Positions 12,126 to 23,353 of a DNA stretch of 64,000 nt are shown one piece after another. The DNA lies in NCBI RefSeq assembly GCF_006345805.1, contig NC_042999.1, forward strand, positions 45,322,001 to 45,386,000. Direction: 5' to 3'. Every line of letters starts with the position of its first letter. The stretch's first letter is position 1. The notes beneath the pieces are model-generated. The model was given only the letters and a program-made list of their open reading frames with translations. It made no database searches and was not told the DNA's origin. This stretch comes from Octopus sinensis. Taxonomy: Eukaryota. Made by a program: the position numbers and the translations under genes.

Positions 12126-12437
12126 AGAGAAGGGAGAATATGAATGGGTGTAAGTATAGCTGTGATGGGGCTGATTAGTAATGGATTCTATGGAGTGTAA
12201 TATTTGTGTGTGTATATATTTCTTTTATTCTAAAGTTGAGGTATATTAATTGTTTGTTGTAGACTCGTTAAGAAGTGGCTTGTATTTTGTAATAAAGAGA
12301 TTTTCTTTACTTATTCGTTGTCTCGAGGTTTTATCGTCCCTAAATTGGTAGAGGGGGAAAATTCTGAAGTTTGGTGTTTTTTTGTTGGCGCAAGTATCTA
12401 TGTGTTGGCTAAAAGCTATTTTTCTGTTTTGGGGAAT

Positions 12438-12534
<97 letters not shown>

Positions 12535-12609
12535 TATATATATTTGTATAAAGACTGATATATATATATATATACATACACATACATATTTATATCAAGA
12601 TATATCATC

Positions 12610-12960
12610 ATCATCATCATCATCATCATTTAACGTCCGCTTTCCATGCTAGCATGGGTTGGGCGGTTCAACTGGGGTCTGGGAAGCCAGAAGGCTGCAC
12701 CAGGCCCAGTCTGATCTGGCAGTGTTTCTTCAGCTGGATGCCCTTCCTAACGCCAACCACTCCGTGAGTGTAGTGGGTGCTTTTTACGTGCCACCGGCAC
12801 GGGGGCCCATCAGAGCAGTGCTGACTACGACCACATTCGGATGGTTCTCTTACATGCCACCGGCACTGGTATCATAGCTGCAAATTCCATTGATGTTGAT
12901 TGATTACGATTTTGATTTTGATTTTGATTTTCACTTGCCTCAACAGGTCTTCACAAATGG
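12610..12960 (-). mobile_element. SINE family C
   Basis: (CAT)n TTTAACGTCCGCTTTCCATGCTAGC...GGATGCCCTTCCTAACGCCAACC. Confidence 0.8.
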
Positions 12961-13076
12961 AGTTTTGTGTCCCAAGAAGGAAAGGAATGCATAAGTGGGC
13001 TGGCTACATCCCAGGTAGAGGCCATGGGATTATGGCTTCACTTGTCATTTATATAAATATATATATATATATATAC

Positions 13077-13255
13077 TCAACAACAATTGAGGAATGGCCT
13101 TAATAGGCCATTCGACCCACTAGAAAGAGCAGCCAGGACTCAAACTGCCAAGTAGTAGTAATTCAGGAATTTACTACTACTTGGCGGTTTGAGTCCTGGC
13201 TGCTCTTTCTAGTGGGTCGAATGGCCTATTAAGGCCATTCCTCAATTGTTGTTGA
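13077..13255. repeat. Near-perfect palindrome, 85-bp arms, 9-nt spacer
   Basis: 13077-13161 vs 13171-13255 with one mismatch (T13146/G13186). Confidence 0.95.
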
Positions 13256-14475
13256 ATTTATATATATAGTCTTTGACTATTTTCTCTTTCTCACTAGACT
13301 GCTGGTGGCGATAAATTTCTATTGAAATTGATTAATATATATATATATATATATATATATTTATTACTTGAATCTCTTATTAAGGTTTTCTAACAAGCTA
13401 CTTTGCTTATATATATATATATATATATATAACAATTACAATAGAATAGTTGGGTAAAGCATTATATGATATACATTAGATAAACTTATTAAATAAGGCC
13501 AGAAAAATGCAAGCTAAAATACAAAGTACACTGCAAAAATGAAAGCAGAACAACAGTTGGAGTTTTATCTTCATGTTCTGAACAAGGGGTCCCTGAAATA
13601 TCGATATATAAGGTAAAACGGCAACTGTTGCTTTATTTTCTTTTTTGTAGTGTACTTTGCATTTCATCTTGCATTGTTTTGGCCTTATTTAACAAGTTTA
13701 TCAAATTTATATGATTGTGTGTGTGTGTGTGGATAAGTGGATAGATAAATAGATGAATAGATAAATCCACTTATATATTTATATATATACATATATGTGT
13801 GTGTATGTGAATAATATTCTATATAGATAAATATTGTTCTTAAGGTGAACATATATATGTTTTTGCAACCACCTCTCCACCCTCAGGTTAATCTAATTTT
13901 AGACTGACCAAATTAAATGTGGTTAAGTTCACCACATTTACTTTAGTCAAGGATCGGTGCTTTACTACATTTTAAGATATAATAGAAAATTGGTTGGATG
14001 AAAAAAAAAATCACAATAAAATACGTATTCAAAAAATTGGGAGTGTAACGCATGGACGCAAATTCTAAGCAGAATAGTTTCCTTTTTTCTTTACTGTTTT
14101 TGTTTTTGTTATCTTCAAAAATAAAAGATTTCAGCAAGAGGAATCTTATTCTATAAATGGCATCAAATTTGGCATTGTAGGAAAAAAATCTTATATAGTA
14201 ATAATTGGTCAAATCCAAAAGGGAGTAAGGCCTAAATTCATTCTTTAGCCAGAATATCTGTTATTTAGATCTTCCTAAAGAGATCTAAATAAGAGGAATC
14301 TAATACTGAAAATCACATCAAAATTGGTTCATTAAGGATATACTTATGGGGTAAAAAGTAGTTGAATTTGAAGGTATTAATCACTGGGGCACCAAACTAT
14401 AGCAATGCCTTTATATATATATATGTGTATATGTGTGTGCTCATGTGTTCGTGTGTGTGTAACCATGCATACATA

Positions 14476-14515
<40 letters not shown>

Positions 14516-14529
14516 CCATTCCGAAATAT

Positions 14530-14591
<62 letters not shown>

Positions 14592-14595
14592 ATAC

Positions 14596-14634
<39 letters not shown>

Positions 14635-14886
14635 CATGCATACATACATACATGCATACATATATATATATATATATATATAATATATATTATATATATA
14701 TATATATAATATATATATATATGTATGCATGTATGTATGTGTGTATGCATGCACACACGCACACACACACACACATATATGCATATGAATTGATGTAAAT
14801 ATATAGTTGAAATTTACAGAAAAACAAAAGATGAAGATAGGTGTATGAACAACGAGCAGGTGTATTAGTTTGATGCTTGAGAAAGT

Positions 14887-14922
14887 CTTTTATGTTTCGA
14901 GCCTATGCTCTTCAACAGAAAG
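14887..14922 (-). ncRNA. Degenerate minimal hammerhead motif (Penelope-type)
   Basis: Minus strand CTTT-CTGTTGA-A-GAGC ATAG GCTC-GAAA-CA-TA-AAAG. Confidence 0.45.
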
Positions 14923-16236
14923 GAATAAGAGAAAATAAACAGAGATAAAATAAAAAAACTTGTGGATTTAGCTGCCAAGCATGGTGACTATATATATATA
15001 TAATTGTGTGTGTCTGTGTGTGTGCATGTGTGTGTGTACACAGGCATGGCTATCTGGATAAAAAGCTTACTATTCAGCCATGTAGTTTCAGGTGAAGTCT
15101 GGCATAGCATGGTAAATTCCATTGTCTCGACCACGGTCGAACAATGATGATGATGCAGCACCTTGGGAAAGAGGTCTTGTACAATTGCCCAGGGCTGACA
15201 AATGTCTTATGAATGAAATTGGTAGATAGAAACTACATAAAAGCTTATCTGCAACCCCTGCCCCTGAGCCTCTTTTATATTTCTCTCCATCATTTGTAGC
15301 AATCACTTCAGTAAACAGTAAACAGTGGATAAATCCAGCTTCTGTCTTTGGAGTAGAGATAAATATGTTGCTTGCCTTCCACTTTACCAATTCTACCAAT
15401 AAACCCCTCTGCAACATGATCTGAAATGTCAGATTTATCTCTACTTTAAAGATTGAGGCTGGATTTATCCACTGCTTATTTACTTCTATTACTGATTGTA
15501 TAATCTGGTGAAGTACACCTGCCAACATTATGACATAACTCTGAGCCCCCAGAAACAGCTGTTGGACTTGTAATACCATACCTTCTCCCATTTAATTTTC
15601 ACTGTTTTTTTTTTTTTGTACTATGTAAGTAAGTTTTCTCTTTTAACATATAAACATCTTTACATTCATACTTGAATATTCATTGTCTGAAAATTTTCAG
15701 TCTTTGTGCTGTCTCTATTTACGTGTATACATGTATATTTTGAATATCAAACCCATGTTTTATTTAGATGTATACTCACATAATTGATTCCATATCTGTT
15801 CAGTTGTATTCCTCTTATAGCCACTCTTTACCCTGTGAATTTGGTCCCTGGTAAAAATTTTGGAATGTAAGTTGAATTTGAGTGCTACTAAGCACTTTCT
15901 GCATTGAGAATCTGTGGATCTCATTTGTTGACTCTCTCCCTCTTTCTCTCTCTGTTTTTTATTTAATTTTTCATATGTCCTGCCCGCCAAATTTGGTTCT
16001 GGTGTTCGCTGAATTCTTCCTCTAGAGATTTTCCCTTGTAGTTTGATGGTTTATGATCTATTTCTAGCATTCTGGCCGGCTACCTAGCAGGCCAGCCCTG
16101 CCAATATACACATATATTTGAATTTTCTCTGACTCCTCAGATTTTTTGAATGCTGGACTACTGGTTTTAAATTGATATTAAAATTAATATTAATTTATCT
16201 CCCTCAATTTTTATATATATATAATATATATATATA

Positions 16237-16309
16237 TCTTACTGAAGAGCCTACCTGAGTAAATAAATATTATTTTTATTGCTGAAATAGGCGAAACTGC
16301 AGTCTAAGA
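16237..16309 (+). ncRNA. Type I hammerhead ribozyme with canonical core
   Basis: Stem I TCTTA/TAAGA, core CTGAAGA, stem II GCCTA/TAGGC, GAAA, palindromic stem III CTGCAG, GTC cleavage triplet (cut predicted after 16304). Confidence 0.85.
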
Positions 16310-16479
16310 AGAACTAAGTTTGTAAAAGTTTTTAATTTTCATCTCATTAAATTTATCCAGCTTTTGTGTATCTAGTACACACTTCGCCTTTTAATGTACT
16401 TATATATGAATAATATATGGCGTGTCCTAGAACACCGGCGATAATAATTAACTTTATTGTATCGCATTTTATTGTATCG

Positions 16480-16521
<42 letters not shown>

Positions 16522-16598
16522 GTGTGTGTTTGTGTGTGTGCATATGTGTATGTATGCATATACATACATACATATATACATAAATATACATATACATG

Positions 16599-16630
<32 letters not shown>

Positions 16631-16647
16631 ATTATATATATATATAT

Positions 16648-16740
16648 GTTTTGGCTGATGAATACGGGACACTTGTATTTGCTGCAATTTTTGCAGCTTT
16701 TAATAAATCTGTTCTTCGTATGAAACAATTGTACTGAACA
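16648..16740 (+). ncRNA. Type I hammerhead ribozyme with canonical core
   Basis: GTTTTGG-CTGATGA-ATACG...CGTAT-GAAA-CAATTG-TA-CTGAAC. GTA triplet; stem I partly wobble-paired; extra hairpin GCTGCAA/TTGCAGC in loop II. Confidence 0.75.
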
Positions 16741-16768
16741 ACTAATTCCTTCTTGTTGCTTTTATCTT

Positions 16769-16812
<44 letters not shown>

Positions 16813-16967
16813 GTATGTGTATTTTTTCAAAGTGTACAAATAACAGGGAAAAAATAAATAAATAGTTACCAGGGAAGCAAAAGTTCACATAAATACCAAG
16901 GATGTTATAGCCTACTTATAAAGGTAGAAATTTGTAAAACAGATAAAGAAATGGAATTAAACACAGA

Positions 16968-17496
16968 TGTTATTCAAATCTTTATACTTCTGACATGTTT
17001 CAATGAAAACAATGGTATTATTCCAGAGGGAATAAAATGACGTAAAAAAATGTGATCTAATCGTTGCAAACATTGGCAAAAACATACCTGTTGTTCCTAT
17101 AAGTAATTTCTACCAATCTATAAAATTTGACCTTTAACTGACTTCTTACATTTCACTTCCACTAAATATACCTATTTCCACGCCTTTAAACTTTATTCCC
17201 ATTCATCTATTGTACTATATTTCTCCACTCTTATTTTTCTGATATTTTCTTTTTCCTCTTTCTCTAAACTGCATTTGACGTTAAATCTATTACTGTTTTT
17301 TTAAAAGATAACTTGCCAGTGTTCTCTTTATCATATACGCAGTCATCACATCCGGTTAAAATGGTTTATTGATGTGTATTGTTTCTTTTTTTCCCTGATG
17401 AGAAGTTCTCATTGTTTTACATCCTTTTATTTCCTCTGGAATAATACCAATGTTTTCTTTGAAACATATGTTGGAAGTATAAAAATTTGAATAACA
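16968..17496. mobile_element. Penelope-like inverted terminal unit
   Basis: Arms ~16968-17052 and ~17410-17496 are inverted at roughly 80% identity. The right arm carries a whole hammerhead; the left carries GAAA-CATG-TC on the minus strand. Confidence 0.55.
17390..17477 (+). ncRNA. Hammerhead motif with GUU triplet
   Basis: TTTCC-CTGATGA-GAAG...CTTT-GAAA-CATATG-TT-GGAAG. Confidence 0.6.
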
Positions 17497-17673
17497 CTTG
17501 CATTTACTCCATTTCTTTATTTATCTATATATGTATATACATACATACACACACACACGCGCACACACACACACACACACACAATATGAAGATGAACATG
17601 AAATGATGGTATATATATATATTCATATTTATATATACATACACATATATATGAAGACGAATACATATACATA

Positions 17674-18557
17674 TGAGGCCTGGTCAATAAGTATCTGGAC
17701 TGTTGACATAGTAATGAAGCTAAAGCATGCAGAGTCAAGCTGCTTGACACAAATTGACCTTGAACTCTGCTCTGCATAGCCACTAAGTTTTAATGTTCTA
17801 GCTTACTTCTGCTGTTTACAACAGTGCTTGAAAGGAAGGTGTGTAGTGTGTGACCATGGCAGAGAAAGTTGACATGGTAATATCTGATCAGAGGTCTATC
17901 AAAGTTGCAGAAAGTGTATGGAGAGGAGTGTATGAGCTGCACACAAGTGTATATGAGTGGTTCAAACGTCTCCCAGATGGCAAAAATATGTCGATATTGA
18001 TGAACTTTCTCAGAGACCTACAACAAGCAGAACTGAGAAAAACATTGCAGATGTGCATACAGCTGTGAGGGGAAATCATCAAATCCCCATCTGTGAGTTA
18101 TCAGAGGATGTACAGATTAGTTGCAGTTCAGTTCAGTCCATTATCACTGAAGATTTGTGTATGAGATGCGTCTCTGCCAAGTTTGTGCCAAAACTGCTTT
18201 CAGCTGACCAAAAAGACAGTTGGGCTTCAATTGCATAAGATCTTGATTGTGTTGAGAACAATGAAAACTTTTTTAAAACTTTGCGTAGACCTCTGAACAG
18301 TTATCGCCAAGCTTTTGGCAAAATTTGATGCTGACTCTCTGCTCAACTTTCTCTGTCATGGTGAAGGCAATGCTCACACGCTACACACCTTCCTTCTAAG
18401 CACAGCTACAAACAGTGGAAATGAGCTAGAACATATGTTAAAACTTAGTGCACAAGCACTACAGTGTTGAAAGTCGATCTGTGCCAAGCGGTTTCACTCT
18501 CTGTTCTTTAGCTTCATAACTATAGCAACAGTCCAGATACCTAATGATCAGACCATG
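17674..18557 (+). mobile_element. Internally deleted mariner-type element
   Basis: TA-flanked TIRs TGAGGCCTGGTCAATAAGTATCTGGACTGTT / AACAGTCCAGATACCTAATGATCAGACCATG. Transposase N-terminal remnants (YEWFKR; VSAKFVPKLLS, equivalent to the WVPHEL motif). Confidence 0.8.
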
Positions 18558-18567
18558 TATTTATATA

Positions 18568-19870
18568 TCAAATCATCCCATAAGTTCTGTCCAATCTTAC
18601 CTTTTTTAAAATTGAATGAAATTTAATAGTATTTTAGAATGTCTAATGGAATTAAAAATTATTTTTATGCATTTGTGTACATTTAAACTAATTAAATATT
18701 ATTTTACAGAATTACAGAATTAAAATTTCTTTGATCAAAACATTTTCTAACATGGAAGTATCAAAAGAGCATTTCAGGTACATAATGCTTTATGAGTACA
18801 AAAATGGAAACTCTGCAGCTGAAGCGTCTCAAAACATACACTCTGTTTATGGGAAAGAATGCTTGAATGAAAGAACTTGCAGAAGATGGTTTGCAAAATT
18901 CAGAAGTGGAGATTTCTATCTTGGAGATGAAGATCGAACAGGATGTCCAGTTGAGTTTGATGATAAGCTCCTTGAGGCATTACTTGAAGAGAATCTTGCA
19001 TTATCAGTTGAAGAATTGGCAATAAAGTTTAGTTCGAACCATACAACTGTTCATCATCCTCTTCAACAACTTGGAAAGCTTCCTAAACTTCGAAAATGGG
19101 TGCCTCATGAATTGTCTGAAAGCAACCGCAAATCCCAAGTTGACATCTGCTTTTCTCTCCATTCTCACGAACTCATTTCCCCCTTTTTAGATAGACTTGT
19201 GACTGGTGATGAAAAATGGATCTTCTATTGAAATGTTAAACGTCGTAAACAGTGGCTTGGTAAAAGGGAAAAACCTCAACCACAACTGAGAAGGAAACTT
19301 CATGGGAAAAAGGTTCTTCTCTCTATCTGGTAGGATTGCAAAGGAGTAATTCACTTTGAATTGTTACCACCTAATGCAACAATCAATGCTCAAGTCTACT
19401 GTCAGCAATTTGTGCATTTGAACCAAACTTTGAAGAAAAAAAGACCCGCTTTAGTGAATCAAATAGGAGTGATGTTTCATCAGGACAATGCACGACCCCA
19501 CACTGCAAAGATCACATCACAGAAGATCGAAGAGTTTGGTTGGGAAAAAATTCCTCATCCACGTTATTCTCCCAGCCTTACTCCTTCAGACTACCATTTG
19601 TTTCGTAGTTTACAGAATCACTTGGGAGACATAACTTTCGCAAGCCAGGAGGAGGTCGAAACTGACATTTCAGAGTCCCTCGCTTTGAAGCCAAAAGAGT
19701 TTTACATTGATATGGGATTAAAAAGATTGTAAATAGATGGAAGAAAGTCCTAGATAATCAGGGAAAGTACATTGATGATTAAATTAAATATATTAAAATA
19801 AATTAAATATAATATTTCATCACTTGTTTTCTTTATTCAAAATTTGGACAGAACTTATGAGATGACCTGA
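18568..19870 (+). mobile_element. Full-length (~1.3 kb) inactive mariner transposon
   Basis: TIRs TCAAATCATCCCATAAGTTCTGTCCAA / TTGGACAGAACTTATGAGATGACCTGA with TA on each side. Confidence 0.92.
18752..19782 (+). pseudogene. Mariner DD34D transposase pseudogene
   Basis: WVPHEL, VTGDEKW, HQDNARPH and YSPSLTPSDYHLF motifs. Premature TGA at 19229, a TAG in the W-W-D motif and a frameshift near 19710. Confidence 0.92.
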
Positions 19871-20000
19871 TATATATATATATATATTATATGATTTTAT
19901 ATATTTATATAAATATGGATAAGATTGTTATTTAGAATATCGATCATATCAAGTGGCTAGCATAGGAATAAAAACTTCATAGTTAATAATTATTATTAAA

Positions 20001-20170
20001 ATTATAATTAAGGGTATCTAAAAGATACTACCATGCTAGATATAGCAGTCAAAACTTGACTCTAAAACCACATTAAATGGTGCTATATGAACATTTAATG
20101 TGGTTTTAGAGTCAAGTTTTGGCTGCTATATCTAGCATGGTGGTATCTTTTAGATACCCTTAATTATAAT
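20001..20170. repeat. Near-perfect palindrome, 79-bp arms, 12-nt spacer
   Basis: 20001-20079 vs 20092-20170 with two mismatches (T20029/G20142, T20049/G20122). Confidence 0.95.
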
Positions 20171-20232
20171 TATGATTTTATATATATATATATAATTATA
20201 TATATGTATATGTGTGTGCACGTGTGTGTGTG

Positions 20233-20278
<46 letters not shown>

Positions 20279-20977
20279 CACACAGACACACATACATGTG
20301 TGTATGTGTGTGTGCATGTGTGTGTATGTGTGTAGTTATATATGTATACATATTCGGCTTGTTTATTTTTCCAGTGTTATTCTGTTTAAGCAATTTTATA
20401 CAATATTATATTATTGCTCTGAAATTGAATTATTTTTTTTATATTTTAACCTTTTGTTAAACTTTGCACAAAGCAATATTTTTGCTATATTTATAAAATA
20501 TTTCCTATTATAATAGCTCATTTATGAATTTTGATTTTTAATGTCAAAATCTATAGCTCAAGTACTTTTAATGTAGAAATTTCCACCTAGAGAGAATGTA
20601 TTTGCATTTTTTACAACCTTTCTGCTTGATCATAAGTTCTTCTAACTTGTTAAAATATCAGTGTTTGGAAAACCAGTGGTTTTTATGTACAATTTATATA
20701 CACATCTCTGCAAGAAACATAATCACAAGGTCAAGCATAGAATTTGGTTAGTTTTCTATGATGTTCATATATTGGAGTCATGTGACTGTATGAAGGATAA
20801 CTGTGCTAACATTTAAGGTTGTGTTAAGCCAGTGAATTTGTCATGTGACAGTATAAACAACAGGTTGTGAGAATAGCTAAAAACAGAGTAGCGGATTGCT
20901 TGCTTGTTTGTGAGTGACAGCATGTTATATACATTATTTACATTTGACAGATACCTGTCCTCATCTTGTTTGTTGTT

Positions 20978-21022
20978 AACACAATGTTTCGGCTGATACA
21001 CCCTCCAGCCTCTTCAGGTGTC
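20978..21022 (-). ncRNA. Minimal hammerhead motif
   Basis: Minus strand GACAC-CTGAAGA-GGCTG...CAGCC-GAAA-CA-TT-GTGTT. Stem III CATT is probably CpG-decayed CGTT. Confidence 0.65.
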
Positions 21023-21080
21023 TTGGGGAAATTTCGAACCTGAGTTCTCATTCCTAAAATATTTTTCAATGTTACTATTA

Positions 21081-21120
<40 letters not shown>

Positions 21121-21121
<1 letters not shown>

Positions 21122-21195
21122 GTTCAGGTCACTGCTTGGAATCGAACTCAGAATCTTGGGGTTAGTAGTCTGTGCCCTTAACCACAATGCCAAAT
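21121..21195 (-). mobile_element. tRNA-like SINE head (Pol III A and B boxes)
   Basis: Minus strand TGGCATTGTGGTTAAG...GAGTTCGATTCC followed by (AAT)n. Confidence 0.7.
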
Positions 21196-21224
21196 GAGGA
21201 CAAATATCCATTGAATGTATATAG

Positions 21225-21625
21225 GTGCAGGAGTGGCTGTGTGGTAAGTAGCTTGTTTACCAACCACATGGTTCCGGTTTCAGTCCCACTGCGTGGCACC
21301 TTGGGCAAGTGTCTTCTACTATAGCCTCGGGCCGACCAAAGCCTTGTGAGTGGATTTGGTAGACGGAAACTGAAAGAAGCTCGTCGTATATATGTATATA
21401 TATATGTGTGTGCGTGTGTGTTTGTGTTTTTCCCCCTAGCATTGCTTGACAACTGATGCGGGTGTATTTATGTCCCCGTCACTTAGCAGTTCGGCAAAAG
21501 AGACCAATAGAATAAGTACTGGGCTTACAAAGAATAAGTCCCGGGGTCGATTTGCTCGACTAAAGGCGGTGCTCCAGCATGGCCACAGTCAAATGACTGA
21601 AGCAAGTAAAAGAGTAAAGAGCGAG
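21225..21625 (+). mobile_element. CORE-like tRNA-derived SINE family B, full length
   Basis: GGAGTGGCTGTGTGGTAAG head, GGTTTCAGTCC B box, GGCACCTTGGGCAAGTGTCTT (CORE-like), internal microsatellite and LINE-like tail. Copies at ~31020, 31540, 32080, 36790, 39190(-), 46750(-), 53460(-) and 60340. Confidence 0.88.
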
Positions 21626-21789
21626 AGAATGTAAATAATGTACATAATTCCTCATCTCTTAAATGTAGAACAGCATGTTATATGTTTGTATGTATGTGTA
21701 TATTTAGTTGTCTATGTGTTTGTGTGTGAATGTTGACTGCAATCTTTGTGACTTAGTTGTTAGTGAATGTATCTTTTCAATATATTTTT

Positions 21790-22066
21790 GTAGCTTCTTC
21801 AGTCATGAGTTGTATTTTTTAATAAACTTTTTCTCTTTTTTTTTGTAATTGATCTTTGCTTTTATCAGAATATGGCAAATTGGACAGACTAGGAATTCTG
21901 GTGATTCACTTGATGTCCATAAATTTAAATGTTCATGTAATGGAATCTGTCTAGTCTTTGGAGCTAGCATTTGATGCTGATAAACAGTTAGTCTCTTTCT
22001 CAGGCTAAGTTTTGTTTGTCCTATGTAATCTTTGTTATATCTATTACATTTAATTTCAGAAATCAA
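21790..22066 (-). mobile_element. Penelope-like element remnant (GIY-YIG endonuclease fragment)
   Basis: KCNRYNKDYIGQTKLSLRKRL matches the YIGxT..L..R motif; a degenerate CTGAAGAAGC motif follows directly. Confidence 0.65.
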
Positions 22067-22820
22067 TTATATTTTTGACAAACAGGTGAAGTGATTTTTT
22101 TTTTTTTTTGCAGTAAAAATATGTCAAGGTTTAAATTTGTAAGACGTTTCTTCTATAAGATCGAAGAAGGTTCCACAGTTAAGATTTCCCACCTTTTGAT
22201 TATTGGTTCTAAAAAATTCAAATTGGAAATTGAACTGTTACAGTTATGGGTGAATTCCAATGAACAGAACCCAAATCATTTGAAAGTGAAAATTTCAAAC
22301 AAAGCCAAAGACTTACTTAATGATAACAGTAATAAATTTTGGAGAGAGGAATATGAAAACAAATACTTAACACTACATCAGAGATTGGAGAAAAGTGCAT
22401 TAATTGGTTCAGTGATTATGAAACTAAATTTGAGAAAAGTATTATACTGATAACTCATTCTTAAAGAAAGCTGAAAATCTACAAAACCTTCACAGTCTCA
22501 GAAGATGTTAATGATTTTCAATTTGAACTGATTCACAAAAAAAAAACAAAAAAAACCCTGTGTTAATTTGCACTTTTGGGTGCCCAAGAAAACCAATATC
22601 AAGTTTCGATATCAGACAAAGATGCAGGGTCAACTAACCTGACCTAGGAAGTAATCTTTCGTGTTTTATTTCTTTTTAATTACATCTTGTTTTAATTATT
22701 GCATGCTTTATTTTACATCTATTTATTTCTGTACAAGGAATTGTGCTTTAAAAATGTTGATTCATCTATTTATATACTATATAATGCCTTTCCCTCCTCT
22801 TCCCTCATCTTTGTATAACT

Positions 22821-23173
22821 TATCAGCCATGTACCCCCTATTCCTTTCTTTACGAATACACTAGTGAACATCATATATTTTTCTGTATATTTTTTAAAAT
22901 TATTTGTGGCTAAAAAAGCAAATAAAATAATCATCATCATCATCATCATTCTCGTCGCCATTGTTGTTGTAATCAATATTATTATTAATATCATCATCAT
23001 CGTCGTCGTTGTCGTCGTCATCGTCGTTGTCATCACTGTCATCGCCGGCGTTGTCATCATCATCATCATCATCATTTTCATCACCATTGTCGTTATTGAT
23101 ATTAATATTAATATCATCATCATCATCATCATTGTCATCATCATCAACATCATCATCATCATCATCATCATCA

Positions 23174-23185
<12 letters not shown>
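22821..23185 (+). repeat. Left arm of a long inverted duplication containing compound (CAT/CGT)n
   Basis: Reverse-complement match to 27015-27345, including unique sequence TATCAGCCATGTAC...GTGGCTAAAAAAGCAAAT and identical repeat interruptions. Confidence 0.85.
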
Positions 23186-23211
<26 letters not shown>

Positions 23212-23274
23212 GTTATTATCATTTTATATATACACTATACATTAGACTGTTGATTATTATTATTATTATTATTA

Positions 23275-23309
<35 letters not shown>

Positions 23310-23311
23310 GC

Positions 23312-23353
<42 letters not shown>

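Noticed and set aside
13943-14218. 91-aa minus-strand ORF, possibly a retroelement N-terminus
   Set aside because: No recognisable motif; composition is compatible with chance in AT-rich DNA.
15088-15591. 167-aa minus-strand ORF
   Set aside because: It runs through an old ~45-bp inverted repeat (15318-15363 / 15433-15480) and a SINE fragment, with no domain signature.
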